This document shows positions 8,833-19,049 of a stretch of DNA of 45,930 nucleotides, in pieces. The notes beneath the pieces were generated by a model. It saw only the letters and a list, made by a program, of their open reading frames with translations. It had not been told where the DNA came from and did not search any database. The position numbers and the translations under genes are program-made. Each line of letters opens with the position of its first letter. The first letter of the stretch is position 1. Location: IMG/VR virus record IMGVR_UViG_3300017766_002452, positions 1 to 45,930 of that record, one strand, 5' to 3'. This DNA is from a virus. Its lineage: Duplodnaviria; Caudoviricetes.

Positions 8833-9262
8833 CGTCGGGTTCCGTTCCGTCCTGCCCGTACACCCGAACCGACGACGCGGACAGCTGCTTCAGCTGGCGC
8901 ACCTCTCCGGCGAGCAGGTCGCGCTCGCCCCGGAGCCGGACCACGTCGGCCTTCAGCTCCTCGTTCTCGACGGTCAGCTTGTCGTTTCGCTCGTGCGCCA
9001 GCAGGAGCGCGTCCTCGACGCGGCGCAGGCGCTCGCGGAGGTCATTGATGTCGTCGGCCTGTCGCTCGGAGATCGCCCTGAAGGCGTTGGTCAGCGCCTC
9101 CATCGTCTTCTGGTCGGCCTCGGCGTCGGTATGCCGCAGCGCCGCGCCGTCCTTCTTCACCTCGGCGCGCGTGCGCCAGCGCCGGAGGGCGTCTCCCAGC
9201 AGCAGCGTCGACAGGCCGGTGGCCAAGGCGATCAGCCCGGTCTGCACTGTGACATCCACCAC
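8825..9262 (-). CDS. N-terminal TM + coiled-coil lysis-cassette protein
   Basis: GGAG SD, TAGTG coupling; one TM then a long coiled coil. Confidence 0.65.
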   Translation of the reverse strand: MVDVTVQTGLIALATGLSTLLLGDALRRWRTRAEVKKDGAALRHTDAEADQKTMEALTNAFRAISERQADDINDLRERLRRVEDALLLAHERNDKLTVENEELKADVVRLRGERDLLAGEVRQLKQLSASSVRVYGQDGTEPDDD

Positions 9263-9588
9263 TAGAGGCTCCGGTGAAGACGCCAGCAAGCGTGGCCGAT
9301 GCTCCACGCCACCATTAGCGCGAGTGATGCCGTAATGCCCGTCATGGCTGCGGAGATCAACCGATCCGACCCCGCAAATGCCAGCACCATCCTCGACACC
9401 GCCCCCGTCACCAGCAGGGCGACCACCAGCCACAGGCCGAAATAGAGCGACGACAACGCCTCCCTCACCCGCAGCGGCATGGCGTGGGCGAACTCGTGTC
9501 GGAAGCGGGACGACACGAGCATCGCCCAGACCAGCGTACCGGCCACAACCATCACCGAGATCGAAAGCAGCGCGCTCCATACGTCCAT
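9262..9588 (-). CDS. membrane protein (3 TM), holin/antiholin candidate
   Basis: Three hydrophobic helices; TGATG-coupled to the giant ORF. Confidence 0.65.
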   Translation of the reverse strand: MDVWSALLSISVMVVAGTLVWAMLVSSRFRHEFAHAMPLRVREALSSLYFGLWLVVALLVTGAVSRMVLAFAGSDRLISAAMTGITASLALMVAWSIGHACWRLHRSL

Positions 9589-12500
9589 CAGCTTTCTTGA
9601 CTTTCCTGCGGGCCTTTAGCGAGGCCATACAGGAACTCCGCGACGTTGTCAGGGGCCTGTGTTCCGTCGAACACCTCCTTGACGTACTGGGCCGTCGAGC
9701 TGATCTGCCCAGTGGGCAGGCCGACGAAGTAGCCAGCGGTCTGGATCGTGTTCTTCAGCCACTTCTCGCTGACCTCCTCGCCGGTCAGCAGGTCGGTGAT
9801 GTCGTCGCCGGTCCGCAGGACTGCCGACCCCGCGCTGCTCACCGGGCTGATCGAGTAGCTGGAGAACTCGCCAGCCACCTTGCGCTCGATGGTGCCGGTG
9901 AGGTCGCGGACATAGGGCACGCCAGCGAACAGGTTGAAGAAGACCTTGCGGCTGATGAAGCTGACCCACTTCTCCAGCGGGTCGTCGCCATCATCCTCGT
10001 CCGGCCAGTCGCCGGTCAGCAGAGCGCCCATGACCGGAGCCATCATCATCACCCAGAAGGTCATGGAGATCGCCTTGCCTGCGTCGCCGGTCGTGGAGTA
10101 GCGGGCGATGTCGCGCTGGCGGTTATACTGGACGCTGAAGTAGCTGTAGAACAGCGTGAACAGCTTCATGAACTCGCTGTTCGGACGCTGCACCGAGGCG
10201 AGCGCATACTCCCGGCCGGTGCCCTGCGTCCGGCGGACGGCCTTGTCGCCCAGCGCCACCGCGTCGGCCTCGTCGGCCCCGCGCTCGATGGCCTCCTCGT
10301 AGGCGGCCATCCACGTCGGCACCGAGACGAACTGATCCATCACGCCGATGTGGACGAAGGCCGCCCGCTGGATCGCGGGCAGCGCGCCGCCCTTGCCGAT
10401 CAGGTCGCGCATCATGTCGCGCATATCCCGGTCGCGGTTGGACATCCGCTGGCGCAGCTCCTCCGACTTCTCGAAGACGAAGTCCGACAGGTCGTTTCGC
10501 CCGGCCCGGATCGAGGCGGCGTACTTCACGATGTTGGCAGCCAGCCGGACGTTGCCGACCACCGCCGCCGACTGGGCGAAGCCAGCGATCTGGGCGAGGC
10601 CGGTCGAGACGCGGAAGCCCATCGCCACCATCTGGACGTTCATGCGGGCCTGCTTGACGAAGGCCTCGATCCCTTCGAGGTCGCGGTCGTTGCGAGCCCG
10701 GTCGGTGACCTGCGCCTTCAGCCACGGCTCCAGCTGATCGTAGTACTCCGGCCCGACCTTGTTGGTCACCGTCGCCCGCACGCGCGGGTCGCGGATGAAC
10801 TTCAGGGCCGAGGCGACGTACTCGCCGTAGGCGATCCGGGCGATGACGCTGTTGAGGTGCCCGAACAGGACGCCCTCGACGGACAGCAGGATCGGCCCGG
10901 CGTAGCCCGTCCGGCTGATCGTGTGGCCCTTCGGCGTGGCCGCTCCGGTGATGACGCCGGAGAACAGGTCGCTGGCCTCCGCCGCCGCCCACTGGTTGGC
11001 GTTCGGGTCGCGCGAGCGGTCGTACTTCACCGGGTAGTAGCCCCCGCGCAGCGTGCCCGCCGTGGTGGTGACCACCTCCTGCGGATCGACACGCTCCGGC
11101 TCGACGCCGGTCAGGCGGCGCTCGGCGGCGGCGATGTCCGGCCACAGGATTTCGAGACCATCCCAGACGCCCTGAACGAACGTCCACTCCTCGGCCGTCA
11201 GCTCGCGGTTCAGGACGGTCATGATGTCGGCATCGGCCCACTCCTCGCCGCGCGCGAGCTTGTCGAGGTTCGATGCGTTGCCGACGTTCAGCGCCATCGC
11301 GATCAGGTCGGAGCGGACGAACTGGCTGGGCTTGCCGGTCAGCATATCGGTCAGCTCGGGAGCGACGACCTTGTCCAGCCACTTCTTCTTCTGGTCCTTC
11401 GGCACGGCGTCGTAGACCGCGCGAAGGGCACGGCCCACCGTCTCATGCAGCTGGTCCTCGCGGTTGGCGGCATCGACCGCCGGGCGGAGCAGGACGCGGT
11501 TGAAGACGCCGTTGACCTCGTCCTTGTCGAGCCAGTCGAACAGGGTCTCCATCTTCCAGAGCGCGGCGTCGAACTTCCGCAGCCGGTTGGGCTTGCGGTT
11601 GCGCTCCTCCAGACCCTTGCGGTTCTTCAGGTCCATGACCTGACCGAGCATTTCGTCGATGACCTGCTCGAAGTCCCGGCGGTCCCGGTTGTCCAGCAGG
11701 GTCTGCTTCATCCGGCCGAGGTGGGCCAGCGAGCGGACGGTGTCGTCCAGCGCCCGCAGCTCGTCGACCGTCAGGTCGGTGTAGTGCTGCTTCGAGGCGG
11801 CGTCGATCAGCTCCTCGGGCACATGGATTTCGTTGCCCAGTGCGAGCTGGGCGTTGACGAACTCCATCAGCGACTTGCGCCGCTCGACCTGCCTGCCGCT
11901 GGCCTTCCGCAGGTCGTACTGCTCCAGCAGGGCGTGGATTTGCTCAAGGTATTCCTGATCCATCGAGCGCATCGTGCGCTTCTGGTCGAGCTTGCCCAGA
12001 CGGCGGACGGCGCGGGCGGCGAACTCCTCCGCGTGCCGGGCCTCCGAATAGAGCAGGTGGTTCATGACCTGCGACTGCTTCTGGCGCGCGGCCTCCTGAC
12101 GATCCCCGGCGGCGAGCGCCTTCTGGACCGCGTTGGCGGCGGAGCGTTCGGCGCGCAGGAACTTGCCCGAGCGGGCGTCGCGCACCGGGCGCGAGCCGAT
12201 CTGGGCGCGAGCCCACGAGCGCAGGGCGGCGAGCGGCGGAGGGGTGTTGCCAACCCGGCGAGACAACACCCCCAGCTCGATGGCCAGCACCTCGGCCTGA
12301 CGGCCGGTGTGCAGCGCAGCCATCGCCTCCGCCTCGACCGATCCATCCGTGAGGGGGTCGCCGAGGATTTCGTTCACACGCGCTTCGATCTCGCGGTCGA
12401 TCCGGGCCTGCCGGACGCTGCGCTTATCCTTCATCGCGCGCATGGACCGGGTCTCGGCCTCGTGCGCGGCCAGCCCATCGAGCAGCTCCATGCCGGAGCC

Positions 12501-15500
12501 GTAGCCCGCCACCTCGGCGACGCTGTCCGGATGGACGCCGTTCTTGGACACGAGCGGAGGCACACCGCCCGGCAGCAGCTTGATGCCTGCAGCGTCGCCC
12601 AGCATGGCGATGACGATCTCCCGGTTAAGGGCGACCTTCGATCCCCGCAGCCAGTTGACCGCACGGATGTCCGGCTGGCTGTCGATCTCGGCCGTCACCT
12701 CCTCTCGGATGGCGTCGGCCTCGGCGTTCCACTCCTCGCGCCGCTTCTGGCGGATCACGCGCATGGTGCGGCGGAGCAGCTCATCGTCGGCGTCGTCGCG
12801 GGCGCGGGCCACCAGACGCTGGTAGTCGGCGAAGGCCTCCTCGGTCATCCCGGCTGCGGCGGCATCGGTGAACCCGGCCTCGATCTTCAGCTGCTCGCGG
12901 GCAGTGACGATCTCGTCCTCGCTGGCCAGCAGCCGGTCCATCACCGCCCTGATCTCGTCGGTGATCGGCACGTCGATCTGGGCGTGCTTCACCGTGCGGT
13001 AGATGCCGACGAACCAGCTCTTGATCCGGCGCATGACGTCGCGCAGCTCGACGGACGGGGCGCGGCCTTCGAACAGATACCGCTCGGCGGTCGAGGCCCA
13101 CAGCTCGTGCTGGTCCCGGCCGATGTCGCGCGGGTCGCGGACGTTCAGGTAGCCGAGAACCGTGGCCAAGTCCTGCTGCGTCTGGGGCGAGGAGCGCGGA
13201 TCGGCGGCGTCGCGGATCAGAAGCTCCAGCGACAGGTGGCCGAACGCCTCGTGGAACGGGGTCGTCGGGTCAGCCTTGCTGAACAGGGTGATCGCCGCCT
13301 TCTCGGGATCGGAGAAGTCGATCTGCCCGCGTGGCCCTTTGGCCTTGCCCTTCTGGAACAGCGGGAAGCCGGACATGGCCTGCGCCTTCAGGGCGGGCGT
13401 GATGGTGAAGCCGTTTTGGATGCCGAGCTTGTTGGTGGGGCGGTCTTCGGAAAAGGCCTGACTGGGACTATCCACCGCCCTCGCAGCAGCCTCCGGCGTA
13501 GCCCCCAGCCCGACCTCCTCGGCGATGGCCAGCCGCCGCCACTCCTCGGGGTTTTCGAGCCGGAACTTGTCCGCCTCGCGGACGTCCTTGGACCGGAAGT
13601 CCACAGGCCCGACCTTCGCCCCGTGCTTCTTCAGCAGGTCGTTGGTCACGTTGACCAGATTGCGCTCGTAGAAGAAGGAGCCGTCGCCGCCGGTCTGGCC
13701 GCCGTTCTGCTGGTTGCCGTTGATCCAGACAACGCGCTCGAAGCCGTTGTCGACGGCGTAGCGGATCAGGCGCTTCATCACGAGCGCCGACCAGCTGGTC
13801 CTCCACGGGCCGTCAGGGATGCCGCGCCCGAGGTCTTCGACCGCTTGATCGGCCTCGTTCCTTTCGAGGTTGGCTTGATCGGCTTGCTGCTTCAGCGGGA
13901 TCAGGGCCTTTCGGGCCTCGCTGCCGCCGAACGACCATGCGTTGTCCGCCATCCGCATGATGACGGTGCGGTAGGCGTCGCTGACCGCCACCACCATGTT
14001 GGTGTCGGCGACGTCCTGCCGCAGGCGGTTAGCGAGGTTGGAGTGCTTGGCCTGAAGCACGGAGCTGAGGGTGTCGCTCGGGAGCGAACCCATGACCTCG
14101 CTCTCCTTCCGTGCGGCCTCGCCGTAGCCCGCCGCCACGACGTCAAGCTGGTCCGCCGCTGCGCGCACAAACGCGGACACGGCCTCGACGTAAGCGGCCC
14201 TCGCCTTCTGCTGGCGACCCTCGACCTCTGCGCGACGCTCAGGCGTGACGTCCGCCGCGTACCCCTGATCCCGACCCTTCTGGTGCCAGTCGCTCTGGTT
14301 CTCACCGACCACCATCGTCTTCGGCTCGCCGGGCGGCAGGGCGGCTTCGGCGATGCGTGCGTGGGCGATGACGTTCGGCACGTCCCAGTGGGTCGATGGG
14401 CCCTCGATGTCGGGGGTGGTGAGGAGGATTTCGCGATGCGATCCTTCGACCATGCCCTTGAGGAAGTACCCCGCGAAGCGCGTCCGACCGGCTTGGCTCT
14501 CGCGAGCGTTCTCCATCACATCGCGCCGGGCATAGTCCTCGGCGTCACGCGCGACGGCAGCGCGCTTCAAGGCGTTCTGCTCTGCGGCGAACGCTTCCGC
14601 CTCGGCCTCGGTGGCGAAGCTCTGATCCTGCCACTGGATGTAGTTGTCGCGGTTGTAGATCGTCCACGACCCGTCGTCGCGGTCACTCTCGGTGGCCGCG
14701 TATGTGGGGCGCTCGTCAAACTCACGCAGGGCGCGCTCGACCTCGTACACGATCTGGCGCTCCGAAGCCTCGCTCAGGGCGACGGGGTCACCCAGAACCA
14801 CCTCATCCAGCCGCACGCCGCCAGCTCGCACGAAGGCGAGGACAGCGTCCTTCGAGACGTTGCCTTTGGCGTCAACCAGCAGGCGTCCATCGGTGAACCC
14901 GGCGGGCCAGTTGTCCGGCATCGGCTGGGCGGTCATGTCGAGCCAGTCATTGAGGCCGACGATGTCGATCTCCTCCTTCTTCACGCCCGGCGTCTTGGCG
15001 AGCGTCGCCTTCCACTGTGCGGCCGGGGCCTTGGTGGTCGGGCTGGCCTCGACGGCGCGCTCCAGCGCGGAGAAGAAGGGCGGGGCTACGTCTTCGTCGG
15101 ACTGATTGAAGACGCGAGCTTGCGCCTCCGGCCGCACCGGCATCGGCTTGAACACCGTCGCCGTCATGCCCAGCACGTTCTTCAGCCAGTAGCCGTCGTA
15201 GCCAGCGGCCTCGATCTGGCGCTCGATCTTGTTGATGCGGTCCCACTGGGGCACGCCGTCGAGATTGTCGCGGAACCCGTCAGGATCGGCAGCGGCGTCG
15301 TACAGGCGGCTCGCGTCGATCTCGGTGACGTAGACGGTCCGGCCGCTGAACTCGGGCCTGTAGCCCCCCTCCATGCCCACGCCGATCCCGAAGTAGGTGC
15401 GCTTCAGGTGCGAGGAGATCATGTTCCGCTCTTCGCGGGGCAGGAAGTTGCCGCTCCGGCCCCACTTCGTCGGGTCGGTCTCCGTCAGGGCGGGCTCGAC

Positions 15501-18500
15501 GCTGTAGTGGGTCAGCGTGATCGTGCCGTCGGGGTTGACTGGCGGGCGCTGGAGGCCCGGCGCGTCGGTGCCGTCAGGCTGGTTGAACGACACCGTCCGC
15601 ATCTTGCCGCCGAGCTTCAGACGCCTCGTCGGCTGTCGCGCCATGTAGTTGGGGCCGGATGGGGCAAAGCCCAGCCCGGCATACCAGTCGCGCAGCGCCT
15701 CCTGCGTCATCGTCTTCCCGGCAGGAGCATCGCTCGGTATCGGCCACAGCTCGATGGTTGCGCCGCTGGCGTCCGCGACCCGGATCAGAGCTTCCATAGC
15801 TCGCCGCCCGCCGCCCCGCTCGATGGCGCGCAGGCCGCTGACGAACAGCTTTTGCCCCTGCTTCCGGGCGGTGATGCCGCCGCCGTCGACCACAAGCTCG
15901 CGCTCGTTCAGGGGGTTCGGCTGGCCCAGCTCTTGAAGGGCTACCAGCGCGGCGTCGACCGGCGATGCCTCGACCTGCGCGAGTGGACCCTTCGCCTTCT
16001 CTGCCAGCGCCAGCACTTCCGGCGTCGCGATGAACGCCTTCTGGTCGGCGAAGCGGCGCTCGGGGATCGGCACGAAGCCGTCCTCACCTTTGGCCGGGAG
16101 AGACCCGTCTTCACGGCGCAGGTGCGGGCCGAAGTTGACCCATGCGTTCTGCATCAGCGTCTCGGCAGCGAGCGCCGGGACAGCCTCGTCGGAGTACATC
16201 GAGGCGTGTTCCAGATAGGCGTTCAGCTCGCCGACCGGGCCGAAGTTGAAGCCCTGCTGCGCGTGGCCGAAGAAGTCGTGGACGATGCGGAACAGGTCGT
16301 TCGCCAGCAGCTCGGTGCCGTCGGCCAGCTTGATGCCGGTCTTCTCCAGCAGCGGATGGCCAGAGCTGTCCGCGCCCTCGCCGAAGCCGTTGTCGGTCAG
16401 GAAGAACCAGAGGTGGCCGGAGCGGACGTCGGCCAGCATCGCCTTTGAGTTGGCGTAGGGCTCGCCCTCGCCGCGCCACGCCTCAACCGTGATGTCGCCC
16501 ATCATCAGGAACTGGGCGACGGTCTCGTCGATCAGCGCCCGGTATGCCTTCTTCACCTTGGCGTTCTTCGGCGCGTGCTTCGCCGCCTCCAGCGCGTCAG
16601 CGATGGCCTTCATGTCTTCGACCACCGGCTGGACCGGGCCGACGAAGGCGGGCTTGTCGATGCCCGACATCGCCTTGTAAGTCTCAGCCAGCGCGCGGGC
16701 CTGCTCCATCGACTGCTCGTAGGCCACGCCCGGCGGGGTGGTCGGGGCATCAGCCAGCGCATCGACGGCGCGCTTCACCTCCTCGTAGGTCGCGGTCTGG
16801 GCGTTGAGCCCGGCGTTGGCCAGCAGCTCCTCCAGATCGTCGAGCGCGCGCGCGTTGTCCTCGGTCGCGAGATCGCGCTCGGCGTTGGTCGAGAAGACCG
16901 GACGGCCCGCCATTTCGTTCCGCAGGGCCTCCAGCAGATCGTTGCCGTTCGACCCCTCCGGCAGGTAGCCAGCGGCGATGGCGCGCTCGGCCACATAGTC
17001 GGAGCCGAAGTTGCCCTCGCCCGGCGTCCGCACGAGCTTGCGGCGGAACCGCTGGCCACGGTGCCACTGGTCCGCGCCCATCGCGGCCAGCTCGCCGCCC
17101 GTGTCGAACATCCCGCCCTCGGCGCTGACGAACTCCGCCAGCGACCGGCCGAACATGGCCCTCTGCGACGGAGCCGCCTTGCCAGCCTTCAGGGCGGTGT
17201 AGAGCGTCATCAGGCGGGCGTCAGGACGCTCCGCCCGCAGGCTCTCGGGGAAGGCGCGGGCGATGGTGACGTTGGCGTCCTTGTAGGCCGCCCATGCGTC
17301 AGGGAACATCGTCGGGTTGCGGGCCGCGCGGCGTTCGAACAGGCGGGCCATGATGACCGCGTTGGCGTCGGCGACGTCACGGGTCAGGCCAGCGGTGCGG
17401 CCCTGATCGAGCCAGTCCTGATAGACACGCTGCGCCGGGGAGCCCTCGGTGGCGATCTTGGCGGCGGTCGTGGCGGCGTCCGCCAGATCGCTCTCCAGCT
17501 GCGCCTCACCGCTCTCCTTCCACGCGGCGGCCTCCTTGACCGACATCGCCTCCAGACCGTGGCGGACCTCGTCGCGCCAGACCTCGTGCGCGCCGCTCGG
17601 GGCGACCTGCGTCAGGTAGGTGGCCGTCGGGATCGCGATGTCCGCGCCGGACACCATCGCCTGCTCGTACTGGTCGCGCAGGTCCCACTGGTCGAGGAGC
17701 GCCTCGTTCTCGGGGCTCGACTGGAAGAAGGTCGCGGCGGCCTCGGCGGGCAGGTAGACCGTGCCCGAGGCGTCGATGCTGGAGAGGAAGTCGCGGAGGT
17801 GCGGAGCGGAGCGCGAAAGCAGCTCGCTTCCCGCAACGCTTTCCACAAGTTTGTCGAAGTCATTGGCGCTGCCGTCGGCCCGCTCGGCGCGCATCGTGTC
17901 GCGCACATACTGGCGTCCGGGGATCGCGGTCAGGATCGCGGCGCGGGCGATGGAGCCGACGAGCGCGCCGACGGAGCCGCCCTCGACGGTGCCGTCCAGC
18001 AGGCCGGTGTCCTCACCCAGCAGGGTCATGGCCAGCGCGTTCTGGCCCACGCCCTCGGTGATCTCGGAGACGCCCTCGGCGGCCCCGGCGAACAGGATGT
18101 CGGCGAAGGCGCTGGTGAACTTCGAGCGGATCGAGGCGGGCATCCGGCCCAAGATCGCGTCGAGGCCGAGCTTCTCGGACAGGGCCGTCACGGCACCGCC
18201 GCCCAGCAGGGCTGCCATGTCGCCGACGCCGTAGCTGGTCCGGCCATCGGCCGCCATGTCGTTCTGGACGCGCTCGTCCATCTGGCCGACGCCTTGGCCG
18301 AACAGCAGCGGCAGGGCACCGCTCGTCCCCCCGGTGCCAATCGCCATGAGCGCCTGACCGCCGAGCTGGCCGAGGCCCCCGGCGACGTCGGTAGCCAGCC
18401 CCATGTCGGCGCTGTTGGGCATCAGGTTGCGGGTCGCTGACGCGCGCTCCTCGGCCGTCAGCTGGCCCGCCGCGTTCCGGCCGCCGCGCTCGATGCGCTG

Positions 18501-19040
18501 ACCGGCCTCGGCCAGCATCTGGCCCAGTGCCGTCATTCCTTGGCGGGACGCCGGATTGGTGCCCGTGCCTGCGATCTCGACCGTGCGGCCGAGGCCTCGC
18601 GCCGCCGTGCCGACCCCCGTGATCGCGCCGCCGAAGGCCTGCCGCCCGAGGTCGCCGGTCACGGTCAGGCTGTCGGCCTGCCGGTTCTGGACAGCCAGCA
18701 TCGCGTTGATGGGCGCGGAGAAGGTGTTGTAGAGGCGCTCCATCGCCGACAGGCTCTCGACCTGATCGTGGGCCACCTCGGCGTTGCCCGGCTGGCCCAG
18801 CCAGCGGATCGACCGCTGGGCCTCCGACAGGGCGGCAGCCTCCTGCCGCACGCGGGCCTGCGTGAGCAGCTCCTCGTTCTCTCGCACGACACTCGGCGGC
18901 AGGCCGAGGACGGCAGCGGCCCGGCCAGCAATGGCGGCCCGGCCGGGGTCCATGCCCCGTGCCCGATAGAGAGCTTCGGCCGCGCGTTCGCGCTCCTGCC
19001 TCAGACGTTGCTGTTCGGGCGTTTCCGGGGTGATGGGCAT
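9588..19040 (-). CDS. giant polyvalent internal virion (ejection) protein, 3150 aa
   Basis: Position equivalent to T7 gp16; LPD22-like N-terminus, hydrophobic segment, HDFFGH, GNAT-like, ART-like, ENQSDWHQ and HEAFGH domains. Confidence 0.85.
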   Translation of the reverse strand: MPITPETPEQQRLRQERERAAEALYRARGMDPGRAAIAGRAAAVLGLPPSVVRENEELLTQARVRQEAAALSEAQRSIRWLGQPGNAEVAHDQVESLSAMERLYNTFSAPINAMLAVQNRQADSLTVTGDLGRQAFGGAITGVGTAARGLGRTVEIAGTGTNPASRQGMTALGQMLAEAGQRIERGGRNAAGQLTAEERASATRNLMPNSADMGLATDVAGGLGQLGGQALMAIGTGGTSGALPLLFGQGVGQMDERVQNDMAADGRTSYGVGDMAALLGGGAVTALSEKLGLDAILGRMPASIRSKFTSAFADILFAGAAEGVSEITEGVGQNALAMTLLGEDTGLLDGTVEGGSVGALVGSIARAAILTAIPGRQYVRDTMRAERADGSANDFDKLVESVAGSELLSRSAPHLRDFLSSIDASGTVYLPAEAAATFFQSSPENEALLDQWDLRDQYEQAMVSGADIAIPTATYLTQVAPSGAHEVWRDEVRHGLEAMSVKEAAAWKESGEAQLESDLADAATTAAKIATEGSPAQRVYQDWLDQGRTAGLTRDVADANAVIMARLFERRAARNPTMFPDAWAAYKDANVTIARAFPESLRAERPDARLMTLYTALKAGKAAPSQRAMFGRSLAEFVSAEGGMFDTGGELAAMGADQWHRGQRFRRKLVRTPGEGNFGSDYVAERAIAAGYLPEGSNGNDLLEALRNEMAGRPVFSTNAERDLATEDNARALDDLEELLANAGLNAQTATYEEVKRAVDALADAPTTPPGVAYEQSMEQARALAETYKAMSGIDKPAFVGPVQPVVEDMKAIADALEAAKHAPKNAKVKKAYRALIDETVAQFLMMGDITVEAWRGEGEPYANSKAMLADVRSGHLWFFLTDNGFGEGADSSGHPLLEKTGIKLADGTELLANDLFRIVHDFFGHAQQGFNFGPVGELNAYLEHASMYSDEAVPALAAETLMQNAWVNFGPHLRREDGSLPAKGEDGFVPIPERRFADQKAFIATPEVLALAEKAKGPLAQVEASPVDAALVALQELGQPNPLNERELVVDGGGITARKQGQKLFVSGLRAIERGGGRRAMEALIRVADASGATIELWPIPSDAPAGKTMTQEALRDWYAGLGFAPSGPNYMARQPTRRLKLGGKMRTVSFNQPDGTDAPGLQRPPVNPDGTITLTHYSVEPALTETDPTKWGRSGNFLPREERNMISSHLKRTYFGIGVGMEGGYRPEFSGRTVYVTEIDASRLYDAAADPDGFRDNLDGVPQWDRINKIERQIEAAGYDGYWLKNVLGMTATVFKPMPVRPEAQARVFNQSDEDVAPPFFSALERAVEASPTTKAPAAQWKATLAKTPGVKKEEIDIVGLNDWLDMTAQPMPDNWPAGFTDGRLLVDAKGNVSKDAVLAFVRAGGVRLDEVVLGDPVALSEASERQIVYEVERALREFDERPTYAATESDRDDGSWTIYNRDNYIQWQDQSFATEAEAEAFAAEQNALKRAAVARDAEDYARRDVMENARESQAGRTRFAGYFLKGMVEGSHREILLTTPDIEGPSTHWDVPNVIAHARIAEAALPPGEPKTMVVGENQSDWHQKGRDQGYAADVTPERRAEVEGRQQKARAAYVEAVSAFVRAAADQLDVVAAGYGEAARKESEVMGSLPSDTLSSVLQAKHSNLANRLRQDVADTNMVVAVSDAYRTVIMRMADNAWSFGGSEARKALIPLKQQADQANLERNEADQAVEDLGRGIPDGPWRTSWSALVMKRLIRYAVDNGFERVVWINGNQQNGGQTGGDGSFFYERNLVNVTNDLLKKHGAKVGPVDFRSKDVREADKFRLENPEEWRRLAIAEEVGLGATPEAAARAVDSPSQAFSEDRPTNKLGIQNGFTITPALKAQAMSGFPLFQKGKAKGPRGQIDFSDPEKAAITLFSKADPTTPFHEAFGHLSLELLIRDAADPRSSPQTQQDLATVLGYLNVRDPRDIGRDQHELWASTAERYLFEGRAPSVELRDVMRRIKSWFVGIYRTVKHAQIDVPITDEIRAVMDRLLASEDEIVTAREQLKIEAGFTDAAAAGMTEEAFADYQRLVARARDDADDELLRRTMRVIRQKRREEWNAEADAIREEVTAEIDSQPDIRAVNWLRGSKVALNREIVIAMLGDAAGIKLLPGGVPPLVSKNGVHPDSVAEVAGYGSGMELLDGLAAHEAETRSMRAMKDKRSVRQARIDREIEARVNEILGDPLTDGSVEAEAMAALHTGRQAEVLAIELGVLSRRVGNTPPPLAALRSWARAQIGSRPVRDARSGKFLRAERSAANAVQKALAAGDRQEAARQKQSQVMNHLLYSEARHAEEFAARAVRRLGKLDQKRTMRSMDQEYLEQIHALLEQYDLRKASGRQVERRKSLMEFVNAQLALGNEIHVPEELIDAASKQHYTDLTVDELRALDDTVRSLAHLGRMKQTLLDNRDRRDFEQVIDEMLGQVMDLKNRKGLEERNRKPNRLRKFDAALWKMETLFDWLDKDEVNGVFNRVLLRPAVDAANREDQLHETVGRALRAVYDAVPKDQKKKWLDKVVAPELTDMLTGKPSQFVRSDLIAMALNVGNASNLDKLARGEEWADADIMTVLNRELTAEEWTFVQGVWDGLEILWPDIAAAERRLTGVEPERVDPQEVVTTTAGTLRGGYYPVKYDRSRDPNANQWAAAEASDLFSGVITGAATPKGHTISRTGYAGPILLSVEGVLFGHLNSVIARIAYGEYVASALKFIRDPRVRATVTNKVGPEYYDQLEPWLKAQVTDRARNDRDLEGIEAFVKQARMNVQMVAMGFRVSTGLAQIAGFAQSAAVVGNVRLAANIVKYAASIRAGRNDLSDFVFEKSEELRQRMSNRDRDMRDMMRDLIGKGGALPAIQRAAFVHIGVMDQFVSVPTWMAAYEEAIERGADEADAVALGDKAVRRTQGTGREYALASVQRPNSEFMKLFTLFYSYFSVQYNRQRDIARYSTTGDAGKAISMTFWVMMMAPVMGALLTGDWPDEDDGDDPLEKWVSFISRKVFFNLFAGVPYVRDLTGTIERKVAGEFSSYSISPVSSAGSAVLRTGDDITDLLTGEEVSEKWLKNTIQTAGYFVGLPTGQISSTAQYVKEVFDGTQAPDNVAEFLYGLAKGPQESQES

Positions 19041-19049
19041 GGGTAGCCC

